Origin: Candidatus Latescibacterota bacterium
Lineage (GTDB): Bacteria > Krumholzibacteriota > Krumholzibacteriia > WVZY01
NCBI GenBank assembly: GCA_011772205.1
Contig: WVZY01000076.1
Span: 114,567 to 178,566 of the forward strand
Length of the DNA stretch: 64,000 nucleotides
Reading direction: 5' to 3'
Part shown: piece after piece, positions 57,901 through 64,000 of the stretch
Position numbering within the stretch: position 1 is the stretch's first letter
Layout: each line of letters opens with the position of its first letter
Position numbers and translations under genes: made by a program
Notes under the pieces: generated by a model
What the model saw: only the letters and a program-made list of their open reading frames with translations
What the model was told of the DNA's origin: nothing
The model's database searches: none

Positions 57901-59680
57901 CCCCTTCCAAAAGGTGGTGGACGAGGAATAGCGCAGGGAAAGCGCTGCGCTCTTCAACATGAAGAGCCACAGTGCGGTGGAGGTTTCTTCTTCTCTCCGG
58001 GGGAATGCTCCGATAGACCAGACGCCGAATCGAAGCGCTTTTCGGGCTGAGCAGGATCGAGACACCTATGCCCGTCCCGTTGGAACGGTATGAAATGCAT
58101 ATCAAATCCAGCGCTGCAAGGCGGTGGATGCACCTGTGGATTTTGCCATCAGATCCAGGAAAAATCGAAAGGGCAATCTGCAGTGGTATCGCAAACTGTG
58201 CAACTGAAACGAATTCCAGGAGTTGCCGTTCTTCTTCCATGAGGCAACCGAGGACTTCTTCGGTCAACCGCTCGAGGGAAGAGGATTTGAATGGACGGTG
58301 GTCGGGTTCGAGGTAACGGACAATACCATTCAAGTATGCTTGCAGCCGGACGGACGGGTGCTCTGCTCTCGTCGTGGTTACGCCGGGCGGGTGCTTGTGG
58401 TGCTCCGGGACGGGCGTCTCTAGCTTATCTGCTGAATCGGATTCATGATACTCGGCAGGCAGATGGAATTCGTGAACTCGCTCTCCGAATTTCCCTTTCA
58501 AGTGATCGATAAAAGCGCTCGACTCCTTCGAAACTCGTGCTGGGTCGATCGTCAGGAGCAGGAGCGTTTCGGAAAGACTGATGTCCTCCTCTAATCTTTT
58601 GGAGATACGGGAGCAGGTCAACGCCCGATCCGTTGCATCGTCAATGATCCACAGGAATTTCGAAGAAGCAGCTCCTTTGGGAACCGTTTTCTTTCTGGTC
58701 TTCCCGGTTATATTCCACTCGTCGGGCCAAAGAACCGTCCAACCACCGTTTTCCGGCAGCGATAGTTTTTCAGCCGCCAATTCAACGATCGTGCTCTTGC
58801 CGGAAAAAGCTTCCCCCTTCAGTACGATGAGGCGGTGACCTTCGGAGACGGCATCGAGCGCATCCTGCACCAAGATTTCCGCCTGCAATGCCGGAAACAT
58901 TTCGGCACGAGAAACGGAGAACGGTATGAGCTGCTGCGGCAAGGGTTCACCGAAGAGTTTCTCGTGCAGAGCCGATAGCGTAACGGTGCTGCCGGATTCG
59001 ATACTGGATCCGGATTCCATAATGATATTCATGAACTCGTCTTCTTGCTGCAATGCCGCGATTGCACCCTTCTTGCGGAGCGGTGCCAGCAAATGTATGA
59101 AACGGGAAATGGCGCGCGGGTGGATGGAAATGGTGGCAGGCAACGTGAGTGCAGTGCTTTTCGATAGTTGAGCCTGGGTGTCGGCTTCGACCTTCGCTGG
59201 ATCGTGCCCACCAGATAACGCAAAAGGAAGTATATAGGCGTTGGGGAGGATGAAAATTCTATTATCCTCGTCAACTCCGATAGAGGCAGGGGACAAGTGG
59301 GGAGCGAAGAAATTGTAGTTTTCCAAATGGGCCAGCGTTTCGATGAGCGTTCTGATCATTTCCTCAAGCGGCAGAAAATCTTGTGGAATGTTTTGGAGCA
59401 GCCGCAAATAGGGCGTGAAAAGTTCGATGCCTCCGTCCGCACTCGTCGCGAAAAGAATTTGCGGGCAATTCGATGGAGAGATTGCCGAAGCGCTGCTGCC
59501 CAGGAATTCGAGGACACCGGGATCAACTGTCGTTCGGTTGATCGTTTGGGTGCGGAGTCGGAGGAATTTTCTTTCGCTGACCAGATCGACAAAAGCGGCG
59601 ATTCGCCAAATTCCGGCCTGGATCTCTTCTTCGATTTGTTCGAGGTTTTTCTGGTAGGGATGGGTGGAACGCATCTCCAT
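54947..59680 (-). CDS. giant multidomain sigma-54-dependent transcriptional activator
   Basis: 1577 aa. N-terminus shows a kinase-like catalytic-loop/DFG pattern with HRD and DFG replaced (…HLSPASIGVDEDNRIFILPNAYI…). Then P-loop Walker A GEAFSGKST and Walker B FLWIIDD, a long TPR array, and a GAF domain. The sigma-54 interaction domain has GESGTGKE, ESELFGHEKGAFTGA and an arginine finger. C-terminal Fis-type HTH (AELLGITKPTLYVRLR). Confidence 0.75.
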   Translation of the reverse strand: MEMRSTHPYQKNLEQIEEEIQAGIWRIAAFVDLVSERKFLRLRTQTINRTTVDPGVLEFLGSSASAISPSNCPQILFATSADGGIELFTPYLRLLQNIPQDFLPLEEMIRTLIETLAHLENYNFFAPHLSPASIGVDEDNRIFILPNAYILPFALSGGHDPAKVEADTQAQLSKSTALTLPATISIHPRAISRFIHLLAPLRKKGAIAALQQEDEFMNIIMESGSSIESGSTVTLSALHEKLFGEPLPQQLIPFSVSRAEMFPALQAEILVQDALDAVSEGHRLIVLKGEAFSGKSTIVELAAEKLSLPENGGWTVLWPDEWNITGKTRKKTVPKGAASSKFLWIIDDATDRALTCSRISKRLEEDISLSETLLLLTIDPARVSKESSAFIDHLKGKFGERVHEFHLPAEYHESDSADKLETPVPEHHKHPPGVTTTRAEHPSVRLQAYLNGIVRYLEPDHRPFKSSSLERLTEEVLGCLMEEERQLLEFVSVAQFAIPLQIALSIFPGSDGKIHRCIHRLAALDLICISYRSNGTGIGVSILLSPKSASIRRLVYRSIPPERRRNLHRTVALHVEERSAFPALFLVHHLLEGEETHLAAEHCVSYLRETRRDNRDALILEHCMKLIHRGLHKALAIADKLFILREASIDLIDKGRSGEAENLLLTAKQNLDEVGIEGRRENAEIASSICRLLADTWESRGEYKRSLDLLSAVREELQSALPLPEQAQLLNDIGWFHYRLGNYENSLECCKLSLTTLNPSQYPLIVAQALNLTGVVQFNTSRYDEAIRYYNRSAMLRENAGDINALSGSYNNLALAYQTKGEYDKALEYYKKSLEIKQRQNNRVGIAAAYLNLALLSYEMHDYEEAEKRCMDSMAISSKLGIAMLTAEIYNTLGAIATVRDQYLEAEKYFLDSLRISRELGSTNVELGSHRRLSTLYLTQKMYAKSREHVEKASELATLIGSKYESAQINMILGDLETEQNKLMEALEYYEKAASAFTTLSNNRLAAAALAKIGLLHARGANTFDAMQYLDRAERQIHSDFGHEVPEEIITLREEIRAHPARTYIAGSQTQNLLKAFYELSLLFEPPFDRNECFRRILDLTRNIIGPDECRLILKREDGRFAVIDAGGREKSLQDEGLTELMNRTLLLGRVLESSSPDALDLAPQIDVGGGGFVCIPLKAIREDLGCLLFYMPQDSLPVSKDNLNFFTALGRHISGILTLMFHLEEHVHKEERLVEEVVALKAQVEDQYRFENLIGKSESMRKIFRTIEKVKDIDTGILIIGESGTGKTELARAIHYNSPRSHKVFQDIHCAQIPESLLESELFGHEKGAFTGAVARKLGLCEKADGGTVFLDDVNVIPMTIQTKLLNFLESKSFNRVGGTKKIHSNVRIIAASNEDLEELCEQGKFRKDLYYRLNVLQIRIPPLRDRKEDIVAIALDYLEKRCSESGVLRKTIAPDAIRILQKAPWEGNVRELQHLIEQIVLLSDDDVIHPGSLPEDFLEKVSESGGQPHKSLEALIQQIIERSTYSKANPLLQQVEPILAKKMVDFVGGKTKAAELLGITKPTLYVRLRDYDRMQ

Positions 59681-59836
59681 GATCGGCCTCCTCGCTGGCG
59701 TGGACGCTGGCCAGATGAGGTAAAGAAATTTTACAGGGTAAAAATATTTTACGAGAACAGAGATATTTGTAAAGTCTTTTTTGTTGGGAAGGGAGCTTGC
59801 AACTTGGCTCCAGCTATGTGTTTAAAAGAGAAGGTA

Positions 59837-60190
59837 TTACGGAAAGTAAAGAATTCTTCCGCAGCTCTCGCAGGTCAAGATCTGGTTTTTATTTTGGAGC
59901 GATTGATAGGAGGTTGGAAGCGTTACAAAGCACCCCAAACAGAAATTGTCTGTGACCGGGACGATGGCCCTGTCATAACTGCGGGCGACCCTTTCATAGC
60001 GGTTGAGGAGTTGAGGGTCGATTCTCTTGGCCAACTTGTCTCGGGCTTCTTGGAGTTTGGCGACGCCATCGAGCTTGAATCCCATTTCTTTCAGCTCGGT
60101 GGAAGTATCACTGTCTCGGGCTTCCTTGATCAACAAGTCAAGGTCTTGCAGCGCAACGAGTAGTTTTGCCTGATCTTCCATGGCTCTCAC
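59837..60190 (-). CDS. C4-type zinc-ribbon domain protein (COG1579/DUF164-like)
   Basis: Coiled-coil N-terminus plus C-terminal CxxC…CxxC (CLGCFVTLP…CESCGRILY). Confidence 0.6.
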   Translation of the reverse strand: MRAMEDQAKLLVALQDLDLLIKEARDSDTSTELKEMGFKLDGVAKLQEARDKLAKRIDPQLLNRYERVARSYDRAIVPVTDNFCLGCFVTLPTSYQSLQNKNQILTCESCGRILYFP

Positions 60191-60645
60191 GAGTCGAAAA
60201 TCGCCTGGAGCTCGGGAAAGCTGGTGACTTCCATGAGCTTTCTCCGCTTGCTGGCGTTCTTAATGAGCTCCACTACGCACCCGAGCACCTGGAGGTAGAG
60301 GTTTTCCTTGTCCTGTGGTGGGGCGATGATGAGGAAAAAGAGGTGCGTGGGCTTTTTATCGAGTGAATCGAAGTTGACTCCGTCAGCGGACCGAGCAAAC
60401 AGTACGGTAAGCTCCTGGATCGCAAGTGTGCGTCCGTGAGGAAAGGCAACACCCTTCCCAATGGCGGTGCTCCCGAGACTTTCACGGTTCAGCAGCATTT
60501 CGAGGATAATATCCCTGTCTTTTAACCGGCACTCCCTGCTGATGCGGTCCACCATTTCTTCCAATGCGCTCTTTTTGTCCCGGGCTTGGAGGTTGAAAAT
60601 GCAGAGGGATTCCTGAAAATACTCTCTGAGTTCTTCTGTTTTCAT
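60187..60645 (-). CDS. ptsN: PTS EIIA-type-2 protein (nitrogen-regulatory EIIA-Ntr-like)
   Basis: EIIA-2 fold with the phospho-His motif GKGVAFPHGR. Start chosen at MKTEELREYF. Confidence 0.7.
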   Translation of the reverse strand: MKTEELREYFQESLCIFNLQARDKKSALEEMVDRISRECRLKDRDIILEMLLNRESLGSTAIGKGVAFPHGRTLAIQELTVLFARSADGVNFDSLDKKPTHLFFLIIAPPQDKENLYLQVLGCVVELIKNASKRRKLMEVTSFPELQAIFDS

Positions 60646-60771
60646 TGGCCTGGAAATGGTTGTTCGCGAGCGCATTTGAGAAATACCAGCTGGAAAATAT
60701 CAGAAAATGCGATTATCCTCAACCCCAAAGTGAGCGAAATCTGCTCGCTCTTGATACCGACATTACCACCA

Positions 60772-61707
60772 ATGCCGAAGTCTAAGAGAGAAGGCCGGGT
60801 TATCCGCGTGACCGGCGGTGATGTGTGGGTGGAAGTCGAAGATCGGCTTTTGTCCTGCGTCCTCCGGGGACGCTTTCGACAGCGGGGACGGGGCGTCCAG
60901 ATTGCCGCCGGTGATCGCGTGCTCGTTTCCACCGCCGGCCCCGATAGCGACGTTGGGGCCATCGAGGAAGTGCTTCCCAGAGAATCAAGTCTTTCCCGAT
61001 TCATCGAGGGTCGGGATTCAGGCGAGAAGCTGATCGTGGCCAACATTGATATGTTATTTGCTGTGACGACCTTGCGTGCGCCGTCAGTGAATTATAATTT
61101 CATCGACCGTGTGCTGGTATCCGCGGAATGGGGAGAGGCGAATGCATGTGTATGTCTTAATAAAATCGACCTCGTGGAGGACCGGAGCGAAATCGAGCGG
61201 TTGGCGGCAATATACACCTCTTGCGGCTACAGGACGATTCGGACGAGCGCAAAAACGGGCGAAGGAGTGGATGAGCTCGAAAAAATGCTCCAAGGAGGCA
61301 TATATGCGTTTGTCGGCGAATCCGGCGTAGGTAAGAGTTCACTTCTCATGAAGATGGATCAAGAACTGGACTTAAAAGTACGCTCCCTCGGGGAAAAATC
61401 CAAAAAGGGGAGGCACACCACCGCTTATTCCCAGCTTTTCCCCATCCGGGGTGGGTATATGGCGGATACTCCGGGGATCCAAACGTTCGGATTCCCGGGG
61501 ACGGAGTTGGAATCCATATCGAACTGTTTTCCAGAGTTCAGGGATATGGAAAGCGACTGTCATTTCCACCGATGCACCCACTCCCATGAGCCCGATTGCG
61601 CTGTGAAGGCAGCATTGGAACAGGGGCGGGTTCACCGCAGCCGGTACGACAGCTATCTGAGCATTCTTTCCGAGGTGGAGGCTCGCATCAAGAAGAAGGC
61701 ATATTAG
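60772..61707 (+). CDS. rsgA: ribosome small-subunit-dependent GTPase A
   Basis: OB domain, a circularly permuted GTPase (NKIDL…, GESGVGKSSL, DTPG), and a C-terminal zinc finger (CHFHRCTHSHEPDC). Start at the internal ATG (MPKSKREG). Confidence 0.85.
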   Translation: MPKSKREGRVIRVTGGDVWVEVEDRLLSCVLRGRFRQRGRGVQIAAGDRVLVSTAGPDSDVGAIEEVLPRESSLSRFIEGRDSGEKLIVANIDMLFAVTTLRAPSVNYNFIDRVLVSAEWGEANACVCLNKIDLVEDRSEIERLAAIYTSCGYRTIRTSAKTGEGVDELEKMLQGGIYAFVGESGVGKSSLLMKMDQELDLKVRSLGEKSKKGRHTTAYSQLFPIRGGYMADTPGIQTFGFPGTELESISNCFPEFRDMESDCHFHRCTHSHEPDCAVKAALEQGRVHRSRYDSYLSILSEVEARIKKKAY

Positions 61708-61770
61708 GCTCAATTGCAGCATGTGTCTCACGCAGAATCATCGGCCGAGTGGCGGTTGGGAACAAAACCA

Positions 61771-62895
61771 ATGGGAAACCTCAAGAGCATCGAGCGGTCA
61801 TCGAAGCGCGCACTGATGCGCGCCATGGGGAAGATCATCCGAACGCAAAAGCTATCCCCGGAGGAGATCCTCCGGCGTCATCCGGAGCGGATCCTCATCA
61901 TCCGGCAGCATAATCAAATGGGCGATATGGTTCTAGCCATTCCCGCGCTTCGCGCCGTGAAAGAATCGTTTCCCAGGTCAGAAGTCGGTATCGTCACCTC
62001 AACCATCAATAGAGATGTAATGCTCAACAATCCGTACGTGGATCACCTCTTTGTTTACGAGAAACAAAGAGTCCACAGCCTTCCTGGTTTTGTCATGGCA
62101 ATCCGCCGGAAGCGGTTCGATTTAGTGATTGTTCTCAACACAGTATCGTTCTCTTTCACAAGCGCTGTTCTCGCCCTTCTTTCCGGAGCAAAGATCCGTG
62201 TTGGGTCTTCCTCTTTGCCGTTCGGCAGTGAAATCGGCGGCTCGTTCTACCATTTGGAACTGCCGCTTCCTGGTGAAGCGGAGCTGCGGGAAATGAGCGA
62301 GACAGAACACAATCTTTACCCCCTGAGGATGCTGGGCATCAGTACGAACGATCTTTCGCCCCTTCTGGTTCCTTCCCTGGAAAGCGAGGTTTGGGCGCAG
62401 GATTTCTCATCGGAGTGCTGGAGATCCGATCAACTCAAACTCGTCGTGCACCCCGGGGCAGGCAAGAAAGAGAATATATGGGCGCCGGAAAAGTTCGCCG
62501 CCGTTGTTAATCGATTGAATTCCGTTAGACCCGTGGGGCTCGTCGTCGTTTCGGGACCGAGGGATGCAAAACCAGTAGCTGCATTCCTGCAAAACGTATC
62601 CGTGCCGGGCAAGGTACTCGAAGCACGATCGATTGGCGATGTTGCGGCCGTTATGAAAAAATCCGATCTCGTTATTTGCAATGACACGGGTACAATGCAC
62701 GTCGCATGCGCCGCTGGAGCACGTACCCTGGGCGTGTTCGGACCAACCGATCCGAAACGCTGGGCACCGAGGTCCCCAAACCTTTGCACAATCCAAGCGC
62801 CGGAAAAGCGTTTGGATCTGCTGACTTGGGAAATGGTTTTCGAGAAAGCGCTGGAAGCACTGCAGCTAGTATCTCGGACTCAATATGATCTTTAG
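61771..62895 (+). CDS. glycosyltransferase family 9 (ADP-heptose:LPS heptosyltransferase-like)
   Basis: GT9 N-terminus (RILIIRQHNQMGDMVLAIPALRAVKESFP) and a C-terminal GT-B domain (…ICNDTGTMHVACAAG…). Start uncertain: TTG at 61714, or ATG at 61771 or 61816. Confidence 0.75.
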   Translation: MGNLKSIERSSKRALMRAMGKIIRTQKLSPEEILRRHPERILIIRQHNQMGDMVLAIPALRAVKESFPRSEVGIVTSTINRDVMLNNPYVDHLFVYEKQRVHSLPGFVMAIRRKRFDLVIVLNTVSFSFTSAVLALLSGAKIRVGSSSLPFGSEIGGSFYHLELPLPGEAELREMSETEHNLYPLRMLGISTNDLSPLLVPSLESEVWAQDFSSECWRSDQLKLVVHPGAGKKENIWAPEKFAAVVNRLNSVRPVGLVVVSGPRDAKPVAAFLQNVSVPGKVLEARSIGDVAAVMKKSDLVICNDTGTMHVACAAGARTLGVFGPTDPKRWAPRSPNLCTIQAPEKRLDLLTWEMVFEKALEALQLVSRTQYDL

Positions 62896-64000
62896 CGGAA
62901 GCACCTTGTTCGCCGGTACATCGATTTCGGAGCTCCACATATGAAATCCCACCTTTTTGAGCGACAGCTGGTGGGGGCCCGCTTCTACTGATATAGGAGT
63001 CTTGATTGGCGTTATGCCAATGAATTTTCCGTCGATATAGAACTCCGCTCCTTCGGTCGCTGCGAGAGAGATCTGGCCTTTTAGCTTTTTCAGAACAATC
63101 TCTCGCCGTGACAATTCTCCGGAAACGATCCTTACTACTTCCACATACGGCTCGTAATGCGGATTCTTGCACTCGAGTTTATGGCGGCCCTTTACTAGCT
63201 CGACGGAGATGGAGGGCGGCGTATCACCCACGTACTTGCCGTCAATATGAACTTCGGCATGTGGGTATGCCGACACTGACAGCCACCCTTTTTTGACGGC
63301 GGGTTTGGATTCGGATTTGCTTGTCTCGATCTCCGGATCGCCGACGGCTTGGTCACTTCCGGGGGAAGCTGCGGAATCACTTTCGGCTTTCCCTCCCTCA
63401 GCCGCTGAATAAGCCGTCTTCGATCCATCACGCGCCTTACTCCTCGGTGGCACCGGATTCTCTGAAGGCATCGAATCTGACAGCGCTGAACGCGAAGTAT
63501 CGACCGCTGCGCCCAACAATCTTTCCAGAGAATCCACCGATGCCGCTTTGCCGTTGTTTGGAACGCCCAGGGAAGTACCTTCTTCCATGCTGCCTGCCAT
63601 TACTTGATTCTCTCCCGGGTTTGGCGAATGGGATGCATTGAAGAGATTCGAAATTTTATTCCGCGCACCCGGCGCCAAAGCGATAAGCGCTGCAGCCGCA
63701 ACGGCTGCGGCAAGCGCTCCGAAAGTTGCGATGCGTTGCCTGGAAGATTTTCTCCTGACGAGTCCCGCTGCCGACGTCGATTGCAGTGCAATAGTCGATG
63801 AGTTGGTCAACAAAAGGGACTTCAGATTGTCTTGAGTTTCTTTGAGCCGTGACGGTCCGAGGAATTCTTCGACAGCGATCCTAAACTGCGACGCCGTCTG
63901 AAATCTGGCATCGCGGTTCTTGCTCAGCGCGCGGGAAAGGATCGCTTCGACCTTCGGGGGAATTTCGCAATTCATACGTTTGGGAGAAGGGACACTCCTG
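62866..64000 (-). CDS. Ser/Thr protein kinase with C-terminal PEGA domains, partial (N-terminal kinase domain runs off the window)
   Basis: The visible part begins in the kinase C-lobe (…IPPKVEAILSRALSKNRDARFQTASQF…), followed by a TM, an S/A/P-rich linker, and two PEGA-like beta domains (HAEVHIDGKYVGDTP and GAEFYIDGKFIGITP). Confidence 0.7.
   Translation of the reverse strand, partial: RSVPSPKRMNCEIPPKVEAILSRALSKNRDARFQTASQFRIAVEEFLGPSRLKETQDNLKSLLLTNSSTIALQSTSAAGLVRRKSSRQRIATFGALAAAVAAAALIALAPGARNKISNLFNASHSPNPGENQVMAGSMEEGTSLGVPNNGKAASVDSLERLLGAAVDTSRSALSDSMPSENPVPPRSKARDGSKTAYSAAEGGKAESDSAASPGSDQAVGDPEIETSKSESKPAVKKGWLSVSAYPHAEVHIDGKYVGDTPPSISVELVKGRHKLECKNPHYEPYVEVVRIVSGELSRREIVLKKLKGQISLAATEGAEFYIDGKFIGITPIKTPISVEAGPHQLSLKKVGFHMWSSEIDVPANKVLPLKIILSPRY

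Noticed and set aside
59770-59836. Sigma-54-like promoter element (TGGAGC…TTGCA) upstream of the giant activator gene.
   Set aside because: The spacing between the GG and GC dinucleotides is one nucleotide short of the strictly conserved GG-N10-GC, so I do not call it.
1-64000. CRISPR arrays, transposases, integrases, or IS inverted repeats.
   Set aside because: I saw no regularly spaced direct repeats with unique spacers and no transposase or integrase-like ORFs. The only tandem repeat (41497–41685) is protein-coding.

Overview
This 64-kb window looks like a chromosomal segment from a moderately high-GC (roughly 55–60%) bacterium, probably an uncultivated lineage. It is almost entirely protein-coding, with housekeeping operons and several signalling loci. 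I saw no transposase or integrase and no CRISPR array.

Main content, in order along the window:
- A complex I operon on the minus strand, ordered nuoA-B-C-D-H-I-J, with no nuoE/F/G between nuoD and nuoH (an 11-subunit-type complex I).
- An MgtC-family gene, then guaB, an alpha/beta hydrolase, a compositionally odd AT-rich orphan gene, and a C-N hydrolase.
- A chemosensory-like signalling cluster (11044–19043). It holds a sensorless MCP-like membrane protein, a CheA-like protein whose HPt, ATP-binding and receiver motifs all look catalytically dead, a small excisionase-type HTH gene, and two GAF–HD-GYP proteins (one STAS-fused with an HD-to-RD change, one REC-fused and canonical). I consider this the best candidate for an undescribed system here.
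- A two-unit M16 peptidase, then the conserved cdaA–folP–ftsH–hpt–tilS block with a CAT-anticodon tRNA directly upstream of tilS.
- ilvC, a lipoprotein, and gltX followed immediately by tRNA-Gln and tRNA-Glu.
- An NSS-family symporter with a small exported partner, a PanE-family reductase, a TPR protein, and an NhaC-family antiporter with an extracytoplasmic N-terminal extension.
- A histone-like KAKA-repeat basic protein encoded by tandem DNA repeats, followed by a pyruvoyl-dependent arginine decarboxylase (pdaD) and agmatinase pair.
- MFS, YifB/ComM, SGNH hydrolase, endonuclease III, GNAT, a parvulin PPIase, tRNA-Val, and a membrane glycosyltransferase-like TPR protein.
- Nif3, then a 1577-aa regulator with a pseudokinase-like N-terminus, a P-loop NTPase, TPR repeats, a GAF domain and a sigma-54 activator module, then a COG1579 zinc-ribbon gene, ptsN, rsgA, a GT9 heptosyltransferase and a partial PEGA-domain Ser/Thr kinase.

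All functional calls come from motif recognition by eye, not from database searches.
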